A stretch of DNA of 64,000 nucleotides from IMG/VR virus record IMGVR_UViG_3300033067_002106, positions 18,836-82,835 of that record. One strand, given 5' to 3'. Each line of letters begins with the position of its first letter. Position 1 is the stretch's first letter. The notes beneath the pieces were generated by a model. It did no database searches. It was not told the origin of the DNA and saw nothing but the letters and a program-made list of their open reading frames with translations. Origin of the DNA: a virus. Taxonomy: Duplodnaviria; Caudoviricetes. Of the stretch, positions 28,813 to 36,371 are shown in pieces. The position numbers and the translations under genes are program-made.

Positions 28813-28883
28813 ACAGGTATGGTGCAATGGTAGCATACGAGTCTCCAAAACTTTTGATGTGGGTTCGAATCCTACTACCTGTG
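28813..28883 (+). tRNA. tRNA-Trp(CCA)
   Basis: Cloverleaf; ctCCAaa; G73. Confidence 0.9.
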
Positions 28884-28980
28884 CATTGTGCATCGCCTAG
28901 CCTCTTATTGGCTCTCTAAACCAATTACGAAGCGATTCCCTAACGCAAGGGAGATACGTTAATAATAAGAATGTATCACA

Positions 28981-29064
28981 CACCTCGGCTCATTGGCGTG
29001 ACCAGTCGGTTCCAACCCGATAATGCGTAAGCGTGGTTAAGAGTTCGAATCTCTTCCTTGGTGC
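28981..29064 (+). tRNA. Atypical tRNA with CCA anticodon and Sec-like body
   Basis: Imperfect 8-bp acceptor; small D loop; long variable arm; ttCCAac. Confidence 0.5.
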
Positions 29065-29068
29065 AAAT

Positions 29069-29238
29069 TGATGAGTGTTGAAAATTAAGGGCCAGAAGGC
29101 CCAACGGCAGACATGCCCCTTTGTCTCAGGGGTGGTGATAACGAGATAGATAAACAGTAACGGGTTGACCACAAGCTTGCAAGCACACATGCTGTTTACC
29201 GAATCGCACCGTGGATGGTTCGAATCCTCCCTCATCAG
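29069..29238 (+). ncRNA. 170-nt tRNA-like RNA with very large variable domain
   Basis: tgatgag/ctcatca acceptor; T arm; GTC-containing 7-nt loop hairpin; long internal helices. Confidence 0.55.
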
Positions 29239-29380
29239 CAAAGTTTGAATGACGTAAACGTGGGAAAATTTCATTAACTGGGTTCGAATCCTAGGTCTGG
29301 GTCTAACCCAGACATTGATAACATATCAAACGATATTTAGTTTACTTGGACAACGTTCTATAAAAATCGGAGTCCGTTAT

Positions 29381-29469
29381 GGAGAGGTCGCATAATGGTA
29401 GTGCAGCAGTCTTGAAAACTGCCGTGTCGATGATGAGTCGGCTTTAGGGTTCGAGTCCCTATCTCTCCG
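29381..29469 (+). tRNA. tRNA-Ser(TGA)
   Basis: Class II cloverleaf; ctTGAaa. Confidence 0.9.
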
Positions 29470-29515
29470 CAAAGTAATCGAAAGAACAGTACTTAACGAT
29501 TAGATTACTAGACAG

Positions 29516-29602
29516 ACCCTATTGGTCGAGAGGCTTAAGACATCTTGCGAGAAGCAGGAGGCCCCGTGAAATGGTCCGTGGGTTCGAATCCCACATAGGG
29601 TT
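29516..29602 (+). pseudogene. Ser-like tRNA with aberrant anticodon loop (cgAGAag)
   Basis: Class II body; lacks U33; flanks extend the acceptor stem to 12 bp. Confidence 0.55.
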
Positions 29603-29611
29603 TGTCAACTT

Positions 29612-29697
29612 GGAGAGTTAAGGAAGGGAAGGTCCCTCGCTTGCTTGGAAAGCAAGAACCCATTAAGTTGGGCGGTTTTCGAATAGCCAGCTCTCCT
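29612..29697 (+). tRNA. tRNA-Ser(GGA) with 8/4 acceptor/T-stem fold
   Basis: ggagagtt/agctctcc 8 bp; ggtt/agcc 4 bp; ttGGAaa. Confidence 0.7.
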
Positions 29698-29709
29698 CCT
29701 TGACTTTAC

Positions 29710-29784
29710 GGTGGCGTTAGCTCAGTTGGTTAGAGCATCAGATTGTGATTCTGAGGGTCGTGGGTTCGAACCCCATACGCCACC
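29710..29784 (+). tRNA. tRNA-His(GTG)
   Basis: G-1:C73; ttGTGat. Confidence 0.92.
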
Positions 29785-29793
29785 CCCTGATAT

Positions 29794-29869
29794 TGTTAAG
29801 TGGTGTAATTGTAGATAGCATGACTCTAGCGCAGGGGTAGGAAGTTGGTGCAACTCCAATACTTAACAG
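29794..29869 (+). pseudogene. Degenerate tRNA-like element
   Basis: tgttaag/cttaaca acceptor; T arm; irregular anticodon loop. Confidence 0.5.
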
Positions 29870-29875
29870 CAACAT

Positions 29876-29966
29876 GGTGTGTGTGGTCCGAGTGGTCGAA
29901 GGAATCTGCCTGTGAAGCAGAATGAGATTATATCAAACGTCGTGGGTTCAAATCCCATCATGCACC
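29876..29966 (+). tRNA. tRNA-His(GTG) with 20-nt variable region
   Basis: G-1:C73; ctGTGaa. Confidence 0.75.
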
Positions 29967-30011
29967 CTTTAAGATGGTTGTGAGTATACTGTAATCAGAA
30001 ACTCTCAAATC

Positions 30012-30089
30012 GGTGTCGTAACCCCCCTGTCTGATACACAGGACAAAGGTAATTGGTGGGAGATATGGGTTCGAGCCCCATCGACACCA
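30012..30089 (+). tRNA. D-arm-less tRNA-Ile(GAT)-like
   Basis: Perfect acceptor, anticodon and T stems; no D stem; GTAATTGG in variable region. Confidence 0.65.
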
Positions 30090-30096
30090 CAGACAA

Positions 30097-30179
30097 CCTG
30101 ACGAGGCAGACTGGTTGATGCACCACCCTGATAAGGTGGGTTCGCAAGAACAAGGTGGGTTCGATTCTCACCGTCAGGA
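30097..30179 (+). tRNA. tRNA-Ile(GAT) with variable arm
   Basis: ctGATaa; gttc-gcaa-gaac arm. Confidence 0.8.
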
Positions 30180-30181
30180 CA

Positions 30182-30379
30182 ATGAAAATTGAAAAAGCAA
30201 TTGAGGTATTACATGATGTTGGTGTTGCTAAAAGTACAACATTAGAGATTATGTATGAATTATTAGAAAATGCAAATAAATATGCCAATAATTCAGAAGC
30301 AATCGAAAAGCTTTTAAAAGAAAAGCTTTCAATTGAAGAATTCATCTCGGTTAAAAATCAATTTATTTTGGACGCTTAG
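30182..30379 (+). CDS. Hypothetical protein
   Basis: 65-aa ORF; stop overlaps next tRNA. Confidence 0.55.
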   Translation: MKIEKAIEVLHDVGVAKSTTLEIMYELLENANKYANNSEAIEKLLKEKLSIEEFISVKNQFILDA

Positions 30380-30443
30380 CTCAGTTGGTTAGAGCAGCTG
30401 ACTCATAATCAGCGGGTCACTGGTTCGAACCCAGTAGTGTCCA
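30370..30443 (+). tRNA. tRNA-Ile2/Met(CAT)
   Basis: Cloverleaf; ctCATaa; Ile2-like context. Confidence 0.9.
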
Positions 30444-30444
30444 C

Positions 30445-30641
30445 GGGGATGGGGAGGTTAAATCTCGCTCGGACAAAACTGAGTAACCCTTAATCGGGGT
30501 TCGATTTTATCAAAGACCATCAAAGAGACCTGAAAAAAGAGTAACTAACACAACGGGATGTTGTTGTAGAAGAAAATTTTCTAACATTGGAGATGAAAAC
30601 TGGATAAATAGAATAAGCGGGTGAAATTCCCGTCGTCGCCA
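30445..30641 (+). ncRNA. Candidate 197-nt RNA with tRNA-like ends
   Basis: ggggatg/cgtcgcc (6 of 7 paired); gcggg-tgaaatt-cccgt T-like arm; flush between two tRNAs. Confidence 0.4.
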
Positions 30642-30646
30642 AACCT

Positions 30647-30737
30647 TGGGTAGTAGCAGCGGTGCCTTATACGCATCACACTTGTAACTGGCATCTTGAG
30701 ATAACTTCAAATGTGGGTTCGAACCCCATCTACCCAA
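30647..30737 (+). tRNA. D-arm-less tRNA-Ile(TAT)-like
   Basis: Acceptor, anticodon (ctTATac) and T stems; GTAACTGG in variable region. Confidence 0.65.
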
Positions 30738-30803
30738 CAATTGGAATCATATTCTTGTTGCCCCGTTTGGGATATGATATTGAAATTGAGTTACGGGGCC
30801 CTT

Positions 30804-30888
30804 GGATGGGTTGCTTTAGAGGCCGAAAAGTCTAGATTGTTAATCTAGTGTCGCAAGACCACCGTGGGTTCGACTCCCACCCCATCCT
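30804..30888 (+). tRNA. tRNA-Asn(GTT) with variable arm
   Basis: ttGTTaa; gtc-gcaa-gac arm; U73. Confidence 0.7.
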
Positions 30889-30895
30889 CAAATAT

Positions 30896-30969
30896 TCTGA
30901 TGTAGCTCAGTTGGTTAGAGCATCTGACTGTTAATCAGAGGGTCGTAGGTTCGAGTCCCACCATCAGAG
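30896..30969 (+). tRNA. tRNA-Asn(GTT)
   Basis: Canonical cloverleaf; G73. Confidence 0.92.
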
Positions 30970-30983
30970 CAAATAAATGTGTT

Positions 30984-31220
30984 ATGGAACTTAAAAGCAT
31001 TTCAAAAGAGGTTATCGATGAGTACAAAGAATTTATTCTTGAGCGATTAACTATCCGTCCAACTGATACTCCAACAGCTATTGCTAGCAGAGCATGGTAT
31101 CGTGGGTTTAAGGATTTCAGGTTTGATGATGCTAGGGCTTTGGCTGAGAAGGTTAAACAGATTTATTTGACACATATCAACAAGAAAACTATTTCTGAAG
31201 TTAGAGATATGATTTTTTAA
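30984..31220 (+). CDS. Hypothetical protein
   Basis: 78-aa ORF. Confidence 0.6.
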   Translation: MELKSISKEVIDEYKEFILERLTIRPTDTPTAIASRAWYRGFKDFRFDDARALAEKVKQIYLTHINKKTISEVRDMIF

Positions 31221-31221
31221 C

Positions 31222-31296
31222 GGACAATTAGCTATTAATTGGTAGAGCGAGTGGTTGTTAGCCACAGGGTTGTGGGTTCGAATCCTACATTGTCCG
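31222..31296 (+). tRNA. tRNA-Asn(GTT)
   Basis: Cloverleaf; ttGTTag. Confidence 0.8.
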
Positions 31297-31387
31297 CTTT
31301 TTTAGTTCTTTGAAATTATTTTTGTTTTAAAGTTTAAACTTTGGGTATAGTTTCGGTATTTATTAAATGATAACTTTCGTTTAATAA

Positions 31388-32461
31388 ATGCAACAAACAA
31401 TGCCACACAACACCAAGGTACTTTTTATCCTAAAAAGAAGACAAGATTATAATGGAGACAAACATTCACATGCTAATTTAAGCACTGGGTTATATAATTC
31501 AGCGGCTTTTATGAATGATATGTTAAATGAACAAGGTATTCGTTCTAAGATTGCTGTTGTTAGAGATAACAATGATATCGATAGACAAGTCACCAAGTTC
31601 AAACCAAAATATGTTATTATTGAAGCACTTTGGGTTGTTCCAAGTAAATTCAGTGTTTTATGTAAGCTACACCCTAATGTAAAATGGATTATTCGTTTAC
31701 ATAGTGAAATTCCATTCTTAGCAAATGAGGGAATAGCAATGGATTGGTTGGGTGATTATCCAGCTTTTCATAATCTTATTATAGCAGCAAACGCTCCGAG
31801 AGCATTAAAAGACCTTAGATTTTATTTAAAGACAAAGTATCATTGGAACGATGAAAAACTTGAGAAGAAAGTCATCTATCTTCCAAATTATTATCCAGAT
31901 ACTTACAAACGTAAGGAATTTGATGATACCAAATGTCACATTGACATTGGTTGTTTTGGTGCAATCAGACCAATGAAAAATCATTTAACTCAAGCAATTG
32001 CGGCAATAAAGTTTGCTGAATCTATTGGTAAAAAATTAAGATTTCATATCAATGCTGGAAGGATTGAACAAAAGGGTGATAGTGTATTGAATAATCTTAA
32101 AGCTTTATTTACACAATTAAAGTCTTCTGGTCATCAGTTGATTGACCATGGTTGGATGCCTAGGGAAGAATTCTTAAAGGTGTGTGGAAAAATGGATATT
32201 GGAATGCAAGTTTCAATGTCAGAAACCTTTAATATTGTTGGTGCTGATTTGATGGGCCAAGGTGTTCCTCTTGTCGGTTCAAATGAAATTCCTTGGATGT
32301 GTAAGTTTTTTACTGCTAAACCAACAGATACTGAAAGCATTTATAGAAAACTAAGATTAACTCATTGTTTTTCTAAAGTGAATGTTTTCTTAAATCAATT
32401 ATTCCTGAGAAAATATACAAATAAAACAAGGAAGATATGGGTTAAATACTTCGAAGATTAA
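31388..32461 (+). CDS. Probable GT-B glycosyltransferase
   Basis: IGCFGAIRPMKN; DIGMQVSMSETFNIVGAD..GQGVP. Confidence 0.6.
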   Translation: MQQTMPHNTKVLFILKRRQDYNGDKHSHANLSTGLYNSAAFMNDMLNEQGIRSKIAVVRDNNDIDRQVTKFKPKYVIIEALWVVPSKFSVLCKLHPNVKWIIRLHSEIPFLANEGIAMDWLGDYPAFHNLIIAANAPRALKDLRFYLKTKYHWNDEKLEKKVIYLPNYYPDTYKRKEFDDTKCHIDIGCFGAIRPMKNHLTQAIAAIKFAESIGKKLRFHINAGRIEQKGDSVLNNLKALFTQLKSSGHQLIDHGWMPREEFLKVCGKMDIGMQVSMSETFNIVGADLMGQGVPLVGSNEIPWMCKFFTAKPTDTESIYRKLRLTHCFSKVNVFLNQLFLRKYTNKTRKIWVKYFED

Positions 32462-32478
32462 ATTAAAACAAAGGTAAC

Positions 32479-32757
32479 ATGAAAAAAAGAAACAAATTAA
32501 CTATTAATATTACACAATGGAAAAATGGTGTGCTAGACGTATCTGATATTGAATGTGATTCACTAGATGAAGCAAAAGGATTTATCAGGGGTCTTAAGGG
32601 TAAAATGAAGGTTAAGGTTTATGATGGAAATAAAAGAGTTCAACATTCAGAGGACATAGATAATGAAGATAAACATGAACACCACGAACACCACGAACAT
32701 CATGGACATCATGAACACCATGGTCATCATGAGCATGATAACGATTCATATTGTTAA
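32479..32757 (+). CDS. Small protein with His-rich (HE/HG)n tail
   Basis: HEHHEHHEHHGHHEHHGHHEH. Confidence 0.7.
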   Translation: MKKRNKLTINITQWKNGVLDVSDIECDSLDEAKGFIRGLKGKMKVKVYDGNKRVQHSEDIDNEDKHEHHEHHEHHGHHEHHGHHEHDNDSYC

Positions 32758-32869
32758 TATTAGCTTTCTATTTTTCATTTAAATGCCGATGTATCCAAGT
32801 GGCCAAAGCTATATTTGGATAAAATTGGAGTGTATTTCCCTGTGACAATTAGCACAAACTAAAATACAT

Positions 32870-32939
32870 TGCATGAGTTATTGGAATACAGCCATCTCTC
32901 ATAAGGAAGGCCAAGGCGGTTCGACTCCGCTTCATGCAA
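32870..32939 (+). tRNA. Degenerate tRNA-Met(CAT)
   Basis: Good acceptor and T arm; weak D and anticodon stems. Confidence 0.55.
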
Positions 32940-32945
32940 CAACAA

Positions 32946-33024
32946 GCCGATGTAACCAGTTCTGTCTTCGAAACAGTTATCTGTAATGGAGTTGCAAATG
33001 TGGGTTCGAATCCCTCCATCGGTT
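32946..33024 (+). tRNA. D-arm-less tRNA-Arg(TCG)-like
   Basis: ctTCGaa; no D stem; GTAATGG in variable region. Confidence 0.65.
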
Positions 33025-33077
33025 CAACAACACTTATAGAGCCTCTCAATGATGCGCAACTTCTATAGGTTTTATTT

Positions 33078-33153
33078 GGCTTTATAGTTTAACTGGATAA
33101 AACACCTGATTGCGAATCAGGAGACGTGATGGGTTCGAATCCCTCTAAGGTCA
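33078..33153 (+). tRNA. tRNA-Arg(GCG)
   Basis: cctga-ttGCGaa-tcagg; bulged T stem. Confidence 0.8.
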
Positions 33154-33208
33154 CAAATTGTATTATGATTGTATTTTTAAAATATGAATGTGTTTATGTT
33201 GACCGACT

Positions 33209-33439
33209 ATGTGGGTCAACATCATACAACTTCGTGTAAACGAAAAGCAATCAAAAAAAATTGATAGAAGCAAGGTTGAGAAACATAGAAAACACCTTGA
33301 AATGGGCGGTGACATGTTTCCAATCGACGTTGTAAAAATCAATGAAGAAGAACACTGTATTTGCGGCAATGGCAGACACCGTTACTATGGTGCGTTGGAA
33401 GCCGGTGTTCAATTTATTGATGTCAATGTACTGAATTAA
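33209..33439 (+). CDS. ParB-like small protein
   Basis: PIDV...GNGRHRYYGA. Confidence 0.5.
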   Translation: MWVNIIQLRVNEKQSKKIDRSKVEKHRKHLEMGGDMFPIDVVKINEEEHCICGNGRHRYYGALEAGVQFIDVNVLN

Positions 33440-33440
33440 T

Positions 33441-33518
33441 GGTCTCGTAGTGTAACAGGATAACATAGACGTTTCCTAAACGGCCAGAGTAAGGGTTCGA
33501 ATCCCTTCGAGACTACCA
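33441..33518 (+). tRNA. tRNA-Arg(CCT)
   Basis: Cloverleaf with encoded CCA. Confidence 0.88.
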
Positions 33519-33523
33519 AATAT

Positions 33524-33612
33524 GCCCCAGTAACCGAGTCGGCCTTCTAAGCTGTTAATCGTAATTGGAGTTGAGATTGTATCAAACGCAGGTTCGAATC
33601 CTGTCTGGGGTT
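33524..33612 (+). tRNA. D-arm-less tRNA-Arg(TCT)-like
   Basis: ctTCTaa; GTAATTGG plus TGAGATTGTATCAAAC in variable region. Confidence 0.65.
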
Positions 33613-33618
33613 CAAGAT

Positions 33619-33694
33619 GGTTCCATAAGCTAACTGGATAAACTGGCCGCCTTCTAAGCGGCACTTATGGGTTCGAATCCCGTTGGAACTACCA
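33619..33694 (+). tRNA. tRNA-Arg(TCT)
   Basis: Cloverleaf with encoded CCA. Confidence 0.9.
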
Positions 33695-33762
33695 AATATT
33701 TCGTATGAATGTACCATACAGTATGGCATCCAGTACTAGGCAAAAACCCCTAGTCGGTAGCC

Positions 33763-34050
33763 ATGAACAAGAAAAGAAGACAAGAGCTTAAACAGCTTAA
33801 ATTTATTAATCGTATTAAACGATTTATTGCAAATGGTAAATATTATTTTACCAAGGATAGAGAACGGATTGATTCGCCAACCGTTCAAGATATAATCAAC
33901 GATGGTGGGTTTTTATGTTATAAAACAACATCAACACCATGTTCCTGTTATACGTGCTCTGGGGAATATAAATACCGTAGACATGAGCATAAAATAATAG
34001 AAAGAAAGTTGGTTCAAGAAGGATTGGAAGATTATTACAACCTAGATTAG
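33763..34050 (+). CDS. Hypothetical basic protein with Cys cluster
   Basis: TPCSCYTCS. Confidence 0.65.
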   Translation: MNKKRRQELKQLKFINRIKRFIANGKYYFTKDRERIDSPTVQDIINDGGFLCYKTTSTPCSCYTCSGEYKYRRHEHKIIERKLVQEGLEDYYNLD

Positions 34051-34062
34051 TCTAGGTATTTT

Positions 34063-34151
34063 GGAGGATAGGCAGATACGGTTTGCTGCGTTAGTTTGCT
34101 AAACTAATCTACCCCACAAGGGTAGTGAGGGTTCGAATCCCTTGTCCTCCG
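34063..34151 (+). tRNA. tRNA-Ser(GCT)
   Basis: Class II cloverleaf; ttGCTaa. Confidence 0.9.
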
Positions 34152-34209
34152 CTAAAGGCCACACATGTGTGGTCTTTTTTTGTTTTATACCATATTTATT
34201 ACTAAAAGT

Positions 34210-34599
34210 ATGGCATTCATTCCCAATCACTTACATTTGATAGTTAAGGGTAAAATCAACAACCCACCTAAAGAAGAAATCGACTTAAATAATTGGTTTA
34301 TAGAGCTGGTAAAGGGTGTCCGAATGGTAGTAGTGGCGGGTCCGACATCAGTTTACGTAAAAGATGAAGGGAATGAGGGGTTAACCGGAACGGTGACACT
34401 TGCCACATCTCATGCTTCAATTCATATTTGGGACAATACAATCCCATCTCTTTTTCAATTTGATATTTATTCGTGTTCATGTTTTACCGTTGAGGAGGTA
34501 TTACAACATTTAAACAAATTTGACCTAAGTGAATATGAGTACATATTTATTGATAGAAATAATGAAATAAAGATTATAGATACTGGGAAAAATCAGTGA
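34210..34599 (+). CDS. speD: S-adenosylmethionine decarboxylase proenzyme-like
   Basis: GLTGTVTLATSHASIHIW...FDIYSC. Confidence 0.75.
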   Translation: MAFIPNHLHLIVKGKINNPPKEEIDLNNWFIELVKGVRMVVVAGPTSVYVKDEGNEGLTGTVTLATSHASIHIWDNTIPSLFQFDIYSCSCFTVEEVLQHLNKFDLSEYEYIFIDRNNEIKIIDTGKNQ

Positions 34600-35165
34600 A
34601 AATTGGTGAAATATATAATGAGATTTTTGAAGAAAGCGGTGAAAGGGTTTTTTACCATGGTTCTCCATATCAGTTTGACAAATTTGATTTTGATAGAATA
34701 GGTAGTGGTGATGGGTTGGCTAAGTTTGGTTATGGGTTGTATTTTACTGATAATCCAGATTTAGCGATTTATTACGCAAAAGAGCTTTCAAAGGGTGAAC
34801 TAAAAAAAACAGGATTTAACTTATATACGGTTAAGCTTTACAATTTGGATGAATTTTATGTTTGGGAGGAAGAAACCCCGGAATTTGTTGCTCAGTGTGT
34901 TGTAAGAAAACTTTTAAAACTTGGTAAAACAAGTGATGCTGAATTGATAACTACAGAATATGAAGAGTATGGTAAATACTGGGAACTAAAAAACATGTAT
35001 TCAGTCTTAACTGATATTTTAGGAACTCAAAAAGAAACATCTGAATGGTTAACTATTTGTGGTGTTGGTGGGGTCATAAGTGATGCAATAACACATAGTG
35101 GTAAGATATATACCGTTTATGATGATTCATTAATAAAGATTGTCAACGTAGAAAATTTAAGATGA
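34596..35165 (+). CDS. ADP-ribosyltransferase-like (ART-PolyVal-type) protein
   Basis: FYHGSP..FDKF...GSGDG...FGYGLYFTD. Confidence 0.5.
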   Translation: MKIGEIYNEIFEESGERVFYHGSPYQFDKFDFDRIGSGDGLAKFGYGLYFTDNPDLAIYYAKELSKGELKKTGFNLYTVKLYNLDEFYVWEEETPEFVAQCVVRKLLKLGKTSDAELITTEYEEYGKYWELKNMYSVLTDILGTQKETSEWLTICGVGGVISDAITHSGKIYTVYDDSLIKIVNVENLR

Positions 35166-35797
35166 AAATAGGAAAACTATATGATGAGGTATTGGGTGAA
35201 GAGTATCCAAGTTCTTGGAACATAGAAGAATTTGCAAATTTAAAATCATTTAATCAAAGAAAAAACTATTGTGAACAAAATCTTCGACGTATTTCTTCTG
35301 GTAGTGGTCGAATTGTTTATCAAGTAGATAATGAAAAGGTATTAAAGTTAGCCAAGAATAAAAAAGGTGTTGCACAGAATGAAGTGGAAATTCAATATGG
35401 AAACGAGAGGTATTTTTCAAGCATTATTGGGCAAACTTATAACTCTGATGACAATGCTTTATGGGTTGAAATGGAATTGGCAAAAAGGGTAAGTCCAAAA
35501 CAATTTAAAAATATTGTTGGTGTTGATATCGACACATTTGGAGGATATATTCGAAATCAAGTGGCCGTCAATCGAGGAAGGCCAAGTTATTTTAGAATTG
35601 ACCCAGACATCAAGGAGCAATTAGATAATAATGAAATAGCCAATGATACAATTGATTTCGTTATGAATACCGATAGCGAAGCTGGTGATATAGGAAGATT
35701 AAGTACATGGGGATTGGTACATAGGGAAGGAAGTGATTCATTGGTAATTATTGATTATGGATTGACACAAGGTGTTTATACAACATATTATAGATAA
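35162..35797 (+). CDS. Atypical protein kinase-like protein
   Basis: SGSGRIVY...VLKLAK...QNEVE...IIDYGL. Confidence 0.55.
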   Translation: MKIGKLYDEVLGEEYPSSWNIEEFANLKSFNQRKNYCEQNLRRISSGSGRIVYQVDNEKVLKLAKNKKGVAQNEVEIQYGNERYFSSIIGQTYNSDDNALWVEMELAKRVSPKQFKNIVGVDIDTFGGYIRNQVAVNRGRPSYFRIDPDIKEQLDNNEIANDTIDFVMNTDSEAGDIGRLSTWGLVHREGSDSLVIIDYGLTQGVYTTYYR

Positions 35798-35843
35798 TAA
35801 ATAAACATGAAACATTCGTGTTTATAATAAAAAACAAAAAAAA

Positions 35844-36332
35844 ATGGACAACGTTACACAACAAAGAATTCAATTGTTACACCCAAGTCTAAGAGATGAA
35901 GTAACAAATTTAATTAATCAAGCTGATGCAAGCTTAACAAAGCATTCCCAAGTAAGAATTGTACAAGGGCTAAGAACAATCGCTGAGCAAGATGCGTTAT
36001 ACGCACAGGGAAGAACAGCACCCGGCCCTAAGGTCACCAAAGCCAAGGGTGGTCAATCATTCCATAATTATGGTGTTGCAATTGACTTTGCACTTCTTAT
36101 TGATGGTAAGGAAATATCTTGGGACACCAAAAAAGATTGGGATGGCGATAAGATAGCCGATTGGATGGAAGTAGTAAGCATTTTCCGTAAAGCTGGTTGG
36201 GCTTGGGGTGGTTCATTCACGTTCAAAGATAACCCACATTTTGAGAAACCATTTGGAAACACATGGCAACAACTTTTAGCCAAATATAAAGCGGGTAATT
36301 TTGTTCCCGGAACAAAATATGTGAATCTTTAA
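35844..36332 (+). CDS. M15-family L-Ala-D-Glu peptidase (endolysin)
   Basis: EQDALYAQGRT; SFHNYGVAID; D.PHFE. Confidence 0.88.
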   Translation: MDNVTQQRIQLLHPSLRDEVTNLINQADASLTKHSQVRIVQGLRTIAEQDALYAQGRTAPGPKVTKAKGGQSFHNYGVAIDFALLIDGKEISWDTKKDWDGDKIADWMEVVSIFRKAGWAWGGSFTFKDNPHFEKPFGNTWQQLLAKYKAGNFVPGTKYVNL

Positions 36333-36371
36333 AATAAATTTGGTTATATAAAGTTTTTAACTTACCTTTGC

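Noticed and set aside
28886-28960. Possible third amber tRNA (attgg-ctctctaaa-ccaat)
   Set aside because: The loop is 9 nt and no convincing acceptor or T arm is present; at most a remnant.
29255-29345. T-arm-like hairpin plus gtctgggt/acccagac stem
   Set aside because: No cloverleaf or consistent acceptor could be assembled.
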